Origin: a virus
Strand: one strand, 5' to 3'
Length of the DNA stretch: 6,699 bases
IMG/VR virus record: IMGVR_UViG_3300001522_000241
In this document: in pieces, positions 1 to 4,749 of the stretch
Numbering within the stretch: the first letter of the stretch is position 1
Layout of the letters: each line of letters starts with the position of its first letter
Made by a program: the position numbers and the translations under genes
Notes under the pieces: model-generated
Databases searched by the model: none
Told to the model about the DNA's origin: nothing
What the model saw: the letters and a program-made list of their open reading frames with translations, nothing else

Positions 1-31
1 CTGAGCCTGGGTCTCATCCCATACGGGTAAC
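1..31. repeat. Left copy of a 31-bp terminal direct repeat, identical to 6669-6699
   Basis: ctgagcctgggtctcatcccatacgggtaac occurs at 1-31 and again at 6669-6699 with no mismatch. This fits end overlap of a circular contig; att duplication is a less likely alternative. Confidence 0.95.
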
Positions 32-82
32 GGTCCCTCGGACCTCCGGGGCAAAGCCCCTCCGCGCTCCGCTTGGCGAAAA

Positions 83-370
83 TCACGCAGTCTTAGCCGC
101 TGACAGGGACTTTTCAGCGACAAGACGAATCTCGAAGCGATTAATCTCGAGGCTGCCGAAACGGTTAACGCTGAACGAACCGGGGTGCAGGGTGTACTCG
201 CCTACTGGGTAAGCATCGCCGTGGCTGTTCAGTGGAATTTTAAATTCCACGGGGAAAGCGCCACCCATGTGTGCGTACGCGGTTTGTTCGTGAATCGTTT
301 TCTGGCCAGTCTGAGTAGTGATCATCCGGGAGATGGGCTGCTCATGGCCTTTGATAATTTCAATTTTCAT
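83..370 (-). CDS. gV: ssDNA-binding protein, homologous to Ff (M13/fd) gene V protein
   Basis: 95 aa, directly downstream of gII. It aligns by eye with M13 gVp along most of its length: MKIEI vs MIKVEIK, FPVEFKIPLNSHGDAYPVGEYTLHPGSFSVNRFGSLEINR vs YPVLVKITLDEGQPAYAPGLYTVHLSSFKVGQFGSLMIDR, and IRLVAEK vs LRLVPAK. Confidence 0.9.
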   Translation of the reverse strand: MKIEIIKGHEQPISRMITTQTGQKTIHEQTAYAHMGGAFPVEFKIPLNSHGDAYPVGEYTLHPGSFSVNRFGSLEINRFEIRLVAEKSLSAAKTA

Positions 371-387
371 AACGTCTCTACCTATTT

Positions 388-1410
388 TTAAGCGGCGTGC
401 AGTTGCGCCCAGGAAGTCACCGCTTGCGCCTCAATAATGCGCTTGCGGATCGGAACGACCTGACCTTTGGCCAGATCGGCATCACCCAGGCCAGCAGCCC
501 GGAGAATCTTCAAATTGCGGTACCAGGTCGGGCGACTCTGTAGTTCACGAGCGGCTTCCCATCCGCGCGATTGAATCAGCGCCCACAGCCCGAGGGCGGC
601 TTTAGCCTGCCCTTCCGTCTTAGCCACCTGAAAAACACGTTCCTTGAGTTCGTCTTCGCCAGTCATATCCGCATCTCCAATCATTCGCTCGAAGTAGCTG
701 CTCCACTCAGCCTTCAATTCATCGGGTTTTAACGTTAGCCAGTCATGGCGCTCGAACCATGCGCGGCCGAGCTTCAATTCCAGGCGCAAGAGGCGGTTAG
801 CATCCGCGATCTCTTGCGCCGTGTAGTTGCACCCGGTGTAGTCGGGCTTTTTCATCATGTAAGTCAGGTGAGGCCCCTTCGCGTAAGCCTTGCCAGCACG
901 GTGCTTTGATCGGTGAGACCAGTAGACGGTATCGCCAGCCTGCTGGCTGACCCGGTACCGGCCACCCTCGCACTCACGCAAAATCGAAAGCGCCTGCCGC
1001 ACCTCTGCCAGACTCGAAAGCGCCAGGTTCTCGGTCACGTCGATGCGAGACAAAATCCAGGCTTCCGGGCCGGGCAGATCGGTGCCCAGGTAGGCAGCCA
1101 CCCACCTGATCATGTGATCGGCGCAGCCGCGCAGATCGAGCGCGGCAGACGCCCCGGCACCGAACACGGCGTCACCTCTGCCGATGACCCTGGCGGGTGA
1201 CCCCTGAATCCAGAGTTCGGCCCCGCCGGCTTTCAACGCGATCTGGTGAGAATCGCTCCGGATGCTGTCCCAAGCAGCGGACGTCCAGCGTTCATCACCT
1301 GTCTGGGGGCAGTAGCGGGTGATCCGGTCGCCAATGGTCAGGCACACGGCCCTGGCGTGATCGCTGAGCTTCTCGTACGGCACCCGGATGGTGACCCAGT
1401 CGATCATCAT
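388..1410 (-). CDS. gII: Rolling-circle replication initiation protein, Ff gene II / phage CRI family
   Basis: 340 aa. N-terminus MMIDWVTIRVPY matches gIIp MIDMLVLRLPF. Other blocks also resemble M13 gIIp: IQGSPARVIGRGDAVFG vs IKASPAKVLQGHNVFG, SRIDVTENL vs SRIDATF, TVYWSHRSKHRAGKAYAK vs TVTWNETSRHRTLVAYLK, and LLRLELKL vs LVRFEARI. A GGGGGTGA Shine-Dalgarno-like run lies upstream. The start overlaps the upstream stop as ATGA. Confidence 0.9.
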   Translation of the reverse strand: MMIDWVTIRVPYEKLSDHARAVCLTIGDRITRYCPQTGDERWTSAAWDSIRSDSHQIALKAGGAELWIQGSPARVIGRGDAVFGAGASAALDLRGCADHMIRWVAAYLGTDLPGPEAWILSRIDVTENLALSSLAEVRQALSILRECEGGRYRVSQQAGDTVYWSHRSKHRAGKAYAKGPHLTYMMKKPDYTGCNYTAQEIADANRLLRLELKLGRAWFERHDWLTLKPDELKAEWSSYFERMIGDADMTGEDELKERVFQVAKTEGQAKAALGLWALIQSRGWEAARELQSRPTWYRNLKILRAAGLGDADLAKGQVVPIRKRIIEAQAVTSWAQLHAA

Positions 1411-1847
1411 TCGCGGTCACCCCCTGGACAGTCGGAAGTACTGTCCAAACGGTCGGCGAAAGTCTCACTCATGAGACAAAGGGGCGGTGTTACAAGGACC
1501 GCCCCTTGCCGATCGTCCCGATCAGCAGAAGAAAAAGCCCCGGTGGGAGACTCGGGGGAAGACACCGGGGTGGGGAACAAATCGAGTTGCTGCTCGACCT
1601 GGTGCGAGCTGCTGGGCCGTGAAAGGCGTTGTTCAGGGCGGGGATTCCCGTTCGGTGCCGCAGCGGGGCGCCGGGCTGCCCGGAATCGCGCCAACGTGCG
1701 CTGAGAGGCCGTCTGGGGGCCGTGCGGGTCCCAGTGGGACCGGGGGCGAGGTAACGGCCGTGAAACGTCTGTGCGCTGTTCAGCCGCGTTCTGCGGCCTG
1801 TCATCGCCTACGGCGATAGGGTGCGGGATCGGATCGCGGCGCTTCAT
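1407..1847 (-). CDS. Hypothetical Pro/Arg/Ser-rich protein, predicted largely disordered, function unknown
   Basis: 146-aa ORF. AGGAG lies 8 nt upstream of the ATG. There are ATGA start/stop overlaps with both the upstream ORF (1844-1847) and gII (1407-1410). Third codon positions are mostly G/C when read by eye. No recognisable domain, and long ORFs arise easily in GC-rich DNA. Confidence 0.45.
   Translation of the reverse strand: MKRRDPIPHPIAVGDDRPQNAAEQRTDVSRPLPRPRSHWDPHGPQTASQRTLARFRAARRPAAAPNGNPRPEQRLSRPSSSHQVEQQLDLFPTPVSSPESPTGAFSSADRDDRQGAVLVTPPLCLMSETFADRLDSTSDCPGGDRE
1462..1507 (-). other. Tandem stem-loops embedded in the 146-aa ORF, 55-100 nt upstream of the gII start
   Basis: Perfect 10-bp inverted repeat aaggggcggt (1479-1488) / accgcccctt (1498-1507) with a 9-nt loop. 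An adjacent 6-bp hairpin is gtctca (1462-1467) / tgagac (1472-1477) with a 4-nt loop. Read on the minus strand, each is followed by TTT. Confidence 0.6.
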
Positions 1848-2242
1848 GAGCGGCGCTCCTGCTGCCGGCGAGGCCGGGCAGGCTCACGCCCTACCCTACG
1901 GCCTGCGGCCCGAATGCCATCCGACGCCAGCGCGTGTAGAAAATCGGGGTCATGGCTGAAACGCTGAGGCCGGCGAGGCGCGGCCATGTGGCCGAGGCCG
2001 CAGGAGGCCAATACCAACTCGACGCTTTCGGAGGGAGAACACAACATCTTGTGCGCCGGCGGAACGCCTTGTGCACAAGATATGGGGTTTGCGGCGGCGA
2101 GCTTGGCGCGGCGGCGCTCGATCCAGGCGACGACGTGGCCGTCGTGGAGAGCGTAGCCCTGGTGTTCCAGGCCAAGCCAGTAAACGCCGGACTCAGCTGG
2201 CGGCGCGAAGGGGGACATGTAGGGCGAGAGCTTGACGATCAT
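1844..2242 (-). CDS. Hypothetical protein, 132 aa from the MIVKL start, function unknown
   Basis: I prefer the internal ATG at 2242 to the track start at 2281. AGGGAG lies about 8 nt upstream and this ATG overlaps the upstream stop as ATGA (2239-2242). The first ~55 codons show strong C/G third-position bias. The bias weakens around the repeat element at 2041-2091. Confidence 0.5.
   Translation of the reverse strand: MIVKLSPYMSPFAPPAESGVYWLGLEHQGYALHDGHVVAWIERRRAKLAAANPISCAQGVPPAHKMLCSPSESVELVLASCGLGHMAAPRRPQRFSHDPDFLHALASDGIRAAGRRVGREPARPRRQQERRS
2041..2091. repeat. Copy A of a 51-nt repeated element, inside the 132-aa ORF
   Basis: Ungapped alignment of 2041-2091 with 3313-3363 gives 39/51 identities. 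Conserved blocks are GTGCGCC, AACGCC, CAAGATATGGG and TTTG. It contains a 9-bp inverted repeat atcttgtgc (2046-2054) / gcacaagat (2073-2081) and the palindrome ttgtgcacaa (2069-2078). Confidence 0.7.
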
Positions 2243-2427
2243 GGACGCAGCTCCCTTCGGAGATCCCACAAAGCAATCCAACCGATGAGCACACGGGTCT
2301 GATAATCAAAGAACAACGGACATGGCGAGGCAGTGGAATCAGTGATAGCGCGGTCTTCGCACTGGACGCACAGATCCCCGAGTTCGGCGGGCTCATCGCA
2401 AAGGCGGCAGCGTTCGGTCATCCCCAT
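2239..2427 (-). CDS. Small zinc-ribbon-like protein (CxxC-x9-CxxC), first gene of the leftward operon
   Basis: 62-aa ORF. The start may instead be the third codon, ATG at 2421, which has AAGGGG 6 nt upstream. Motif is CRLC-x9-CVQC near the N-terminus. The stop overlaps the next start as ATGA. Confidence 0.5.
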   Translation of the reverse strand: MGMTERCRLCDEPAELGDLCVQCEDRAITDSTASPCPLFFDYQTRVLIGWIALWDLRRELRP

Positions 2428-2465
2428 CCCCTTGTTCTAGTTAAACCCCTGTAGGTATGCGCGCA

Positions 2466-2495
2466 GATATAGCACTAAAGGGGTATAGGCATCAA
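2466..2495 (-). promoter_or_regulatory. Candidate sigma70-type leftward promoter (TTGATG-18-TATATC)
   Basis: Minus-strand TTGATG (plus 2490-2495) and TATATC (plus 2466-2471) are separated by 18 nt. AGGGGT motifs lie in the spacer, next to the -35 and downstream. Read by eye only. Confidence 0.3.
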
Positions 2496-2508
2496 GGGGT
2501 TTAGATAA

Positions 2509-2538
2509 TTGTAGGGGTTGAACGTTAAAGGCTAGTAT
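2509..2538 (+). promoter_or_regulatory. Candidate sigma70-type rightward promoter (TTGTAG-18-TAGTAT)
   Basis: TTGTAG at 2509-2514 and TAGTAT at 2533-2538, followed by AGGAGG at 2546-2551 and the ATG at 2560. The AGGGGT copy at 2513-2518 overlaps the -35. Confidence 0.3.
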
Positions 2539-2559
2539 TGCCCGCAGGAGGAACACCGA

Positions 2560-2955
2560 ATGAAAAAGACCCTGGATTACATCGACCAGCTGGCGGCGTT
2601 GAAAGGCTGGGAAACCGACTACCAGATAGCGAAAGGCCTAGGAATCAAGACGCCGACGATGACGAGATACCGTCGCCATGGCGGAACGCTGGACAATGAC
2701 ACGGCGTGGAAAGTGGCTGAAGGCTTGGGGATTGACGCAATGGAGATCATCGCGGCGGCTGAGATCGAGCGCGCGGAACGCGCAGATAACACGGAGAAGG
2801 CGGCCGTGTGGAAGCGCCGATTTCAAGCGGTAAGCCATTCTGCTGCAACGATTCTCGGAATTATTGCACTGCCCTATGGCATCTGGCTGGCGGATCGACT
2901 CTGTATATTATGTTCAATAGAGGATCGGCCCGCGTTAAAGCGTCAAGTAGCATGA
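2560..2955 (+). CDS. HTH (Cro/CI/XRE-like) transcriptional regulator, candidate phage repressor, with a hydrophobic C-terminal segment
   Basis: 131 aa with a strong AGGAGG RBS 8 nt upstream. It has an N-terminal helix-turn-helix-like segment DYQIAKGLGIKTPTMTRYRRHG and lies divergent to the replication operon. The C-terminal stretch AATILGIIALPYGIWLA is hydrophobic. Confidence 0.75.
   Translation: MKKTLDYIDQLAALKGWETDYQIAKGLGIKTPTMTRYRRHGGTLDNDTAWKVAEGLGIDAMEIIAAAEIERAERADNTEKAAVWKRRFQAVSHSAATILGIIALPYGIWLADRLCILCSIEDRPALKRQVA
2891..2918 (+). other. dif-like Xer recombination site (candidate attP): degenerate XerC arm, TGTATA central region, 10/11 XerD arm
   Basis: 2902-2918 TGTATA-TTATGTTCAAT matches the canonical dif central region plus XerD arm TGTATA-TTATGTTAAAT at 16/17. 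The 11 nt in the XerC-arm position (2891-2901, cggatcgactc) match GGTGCGCATAA at 2/11. The site sits in a local AT-rich patch. Confidence 0.6.
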
Positions 2956-2978
2956 TCTTCCTGTAACGGGAGATCGAT

Positions 2979-3305
2979 ATGGACTTCAGAACAGCGGCCT
3001 TCGGGCTGCACCCCCGCCAAATCGCCGACCTGATCGGCGTCCACATCAGCACCGCACGGAAATACCTCAGATCTAACCAGGCACCGGCCTGGGCGTTCCA
3101 ACTCCTAACCATCCATCGACACGGCCGACTGCCGACAGACTGCCCGACCTGGTCACACTGGCGAATATCCGGAAGCTTTCTAATCGACCCGGCCGGCGTC
3201 GAATACAGCGCCGGCGACGTAATGAGCCTTTGGATCGTTGAGCAGCTGAAAGTGGAGCTGGAACGAAAGCACCGCGCCCCGGTTCAGTACCTCCTCGACG
3301 TTTAA
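2979..3305 (+). CDS. Small HTH-containing phage regulatory protein, function unknown
   Basis: 108 aa with GGGAG 7 nt upstream of the ATG. It has an N-terminal HTH-like segment PRQIADLIGVHISTARKYL, and a Trp-rich centre WSHWRISGSFLIDPAGVEY. It follows the repressor-like gene on the same strand. Confidence 0.65.
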   Translation: MDFRTAAFGLHPRQIADLIGVHISTARKYLRSNQAPAWAFQLLTIHRHGRLPTDCPTWSHWRISGSFLIDPAGVEYSAGDVMSLWIVEQLKVELERKHRAPVQYLLDV

Positions 3306-3312
3306 ACCAAAC

Positions 3313-3363
3313 ACAAGATGTGGTGCGCCAGGTTAACGCCAGGCGCGCAAGATATGGGATTTG
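3313..3363. repeat. Copy B of the 51-nt repeated element, in the convergent intergenic region
   Basis: 39/51 identical to 2041-2091. It carries two direct CAAGAT-type motifs, acacaagat (3311-3319) and gcgcaagat (3345-3353). It also has direct cgccagg repeats flanking a gttaac palindrome. Confidence 0.7.
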
Positions 3364-3387
3364 GACAGCCGCGGGGAACGGCTAACA

Positions 3388-3428
3388 GCGGGCGGGGGTG
3401 CGTCGTTCCTCCGCCTCCCCTCGCCCGC
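3388..3428. terminator. GC-rich imperfect hairpin between convergent genes; possible bidirectional terminator or ssDNA structural signal
   Basis: gcgggcggggg (3388-3398) pairs with cccctcgcccgc (3417-3428), giving 11 bp with one bulged T and an 18-nt loop. There is no clear T-tract on either side, so terminator function is uncertain. Confidence 0.3.
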
Positions 3429-3430
3429 CG

Positions 3431-4438
3431 CTAGCCGTCATCGCCGGATGACCGAGAAGGGGATTCATCGGGGGGACGCGATGGCGCCGGATCGGCGCTG
3501 GCGAGGTGGTTGAAAACGCCGTCGGCCAGGGCGCGCTTGCACATCGACAGCGACATATCCCGAATGCGGGTGCCCTGCTGGGTGTAGCAGCGGCAGTCGG
3601 ACTGATTCGGCCGAAAGGCCATGCATCCGGAAACGACCGGCACCGCCTGGACGTTCATAGCGGCCTCGCGGTAGATCGGGGCGGTGTAGGGAACGCCGGA
3701 GACGGCAGGAGTCAGCAGCTCGGCCCAGGAACCGGGTGACTGTGTGGGCATTGTGCCTGGCGCCATGGGTACGCCCTGCTCGACCGTCTGTTTTGCAGCG
3801 TCGGGATCTACGCCGCCAATGCTGAAACTGCTAAAGAACCACCACCACGCACCCGCAGCCGTGAGGACCAGGGCGCCCAGGATGTACAGCATCTTGGGCG
3901 GGTTAAACTTATGGGTATGGACCTCGGCGGAGTGATACAGGCCGAACGCCGCTTTAGGGAGCGGCTTGCGCTTCTGCGAGCAGCGGGCCAGATCGGCGCG
4001 GTTGCTCGGTGAGATGGCGCCGGTACCGCAGTGATACTCGGTGATCATCGGCGCTTGGAACGGGCGCACGTAGTGAAAGTGTTCGTTTGCGATCTTGCGG
4101 GCGTGGCTGTCCAGCAAGCCGGGCTCCTGCGTAATAAAAAACACGTCATAGCCGTAATGACGGTGCGTTTCGAGCGCGGTTAAACCATCGGGTACCGGGC
4201 GACTGGAAGGACGTACCGGGAACAGCTGCTGCGCTTCGTCGATAATAACGACTGCGCCCTCAGGAACGTTCTGACGCCAGTCCTTCGCTTGATCATCGGT
4301 CAACTCGAACCAGCCGAGGTCTGGGCTCAAATCCCGGATACCCCTGTAAAACACAGGGCGATTCTTTACGTCCTTAAAGCGGAGCAACGTGCTGGACGTC
4401 TTGCCGGCGCCCGGTGTTCCGGTGACCAGGGCGAACAT
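3431..4438 (-). CDS. gI: Zot / gene I-like assembly ATPase
   Basis: 335 aa. Walker A is GTPGAGKTS at residues 7-15 and Walker B-like VVIIDEAQ follows. A central transmembrane segment MLYILGALVLTAAGAWWWFF precedes a C-terminal domain. The start overlaps the gVI stop (TAATG). It is in the canonical position after gVI. Confidence 0.9.
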   Translation of the reverse strand: MFALVTGTPGAGKTSSTLLRFKDVKNRPVFYRGIRDLSPDLGWFELTDDQAKDWRQNVPEGAVVIIDEAQQLFPVRPSSRPVPDGLTALETHRHYGYDVFFITQEPGLLDSHARKIANEHFHYVRPFQAPMITEYHCGTGAISPSNRADLARCSQKRKPLPKAAFGLYHSAEVHTHKFNPPKMLYILGALVLTAAGAWWWFFSSFSIGGVDPDAAKQTVEQGVPMAPGTMPTQSPGSWAELLTPAVSGVPYTAPIYREAAMNVQAVPVVSGCMAFRPNQSDCRCYTQQGTRIRDMSLSMCKRALADGVFNHLASADPAPSRPPDESPSRSSGDDG

Positions 4439-4749
4439 TATTCAGCGCCCTGCCCGGCCATGAACGACAGGCGCTTGAAACCGCTGGCAACCATGATCCA
4501 GGCCAGCAGACCAAGGTGGGCGGATATCACCAGACTGATGAACACATCGACACCGGCGATACTGGCCAGGGCTAGAACATCGGAGGCGGCGCCGAAGTGC
4601 TGGCTGACCAGGTTAACCAGCTGGTCGCCAAGTTCGACGACGCCGGTATAAGCGACGACGCCCATACCAAGGGAGACCAGCACACGGCCAACCATGCCGC
4701 TGATCGCGCCGAACAGCCAAACACCGAGGGTTTGCAGGAAAGCGGGCAT
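4438..4749 (-). CDS. gVI: gVI-like minor coat / membrane protein
   Basis: 103 aa, very hydrophobic with several predicted membrane helices. It lies between the gIII analogue and gI, with 1-nt overlaps at both ends (TGATG, TAATG). Assigned mainly from position and composition. Confidence 0.7.
   Translation of the reverse strand: MPAFLQTLGVWLFGAISGMVGRVLVSLGMGVVAYTGVVELGDQLVNLVSQHFGAASDVLALASIAGVDVFISLVISAHLGLLAWIMVASGFKRLSFMAGQGAE

Larger units (their letters stand above)
2428..2559. promoter_or_regulatory. Divergent control region between the leftward replication operon and the rightward repressor-like gene
   Basis: 132-bp non-coding, relatively AT-rich gap between divergent ORFs. AGGGGT occurs four times: 2445-2450 (reverse), 2479-2484, 2495-2500 and 2513-2518. 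The 9-mer AGGGGTTTA forms an inverted pair (2442-2450 reverse, 2495-2503). Confidence 0.55.

Noticed and set aside
1-31. Terminal 31-bp repeats as attL/attR cores of an integrated prophage
   Set aside because: There is no host sequence outside the repeats, since the window begins and ends exactly at them. The repeat has no dif or tRNA similarity, and the gene order closes cleanly into a circle. Assembly overlap of a circular genome is the simpler reading, though not excluded without reads.
434-446. GCGCATTATT (reverse strand), a XerC-arm-like sequence inside gII
   Set aside because: It is a short match within well-supported coding sequence, has no adjacent central region or XerD arm, and is expected by chance.
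388-860. Possible in-frame internal gene X product starting at MMKKPDY within gII
   Set aside because: Ff phages make gX this way. Here the only purine-rich run (GAAGGGG) lies about 15 nt upstream of the internal ATG, which is too far. I cannot support it from sequence alone.
2243-2281. Track start (2281) for the 145-aa ORF
   Set aside because: It would overlap the upstream zinc-ribbon ORF by 43 nt. The ATG at 2242 has an AGGGAG RBS and an ATGA overlap with the upstream stop.
913-2396. Overlapping alternative ORFs around gII and the upstream genes (913-1200, 1246-1704, 1487-1819, 1771-1959 and 1952-2302 on plus; 1490-1804, 1891-2175 and 2193-2396 on minus)
   Set aside because: Long open frames are expected in every frame of GC-rich DNA. 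These lack RBSs and have off-frame-like composition. They compete with the ATGA-coupled minus-strand chain or with gII.
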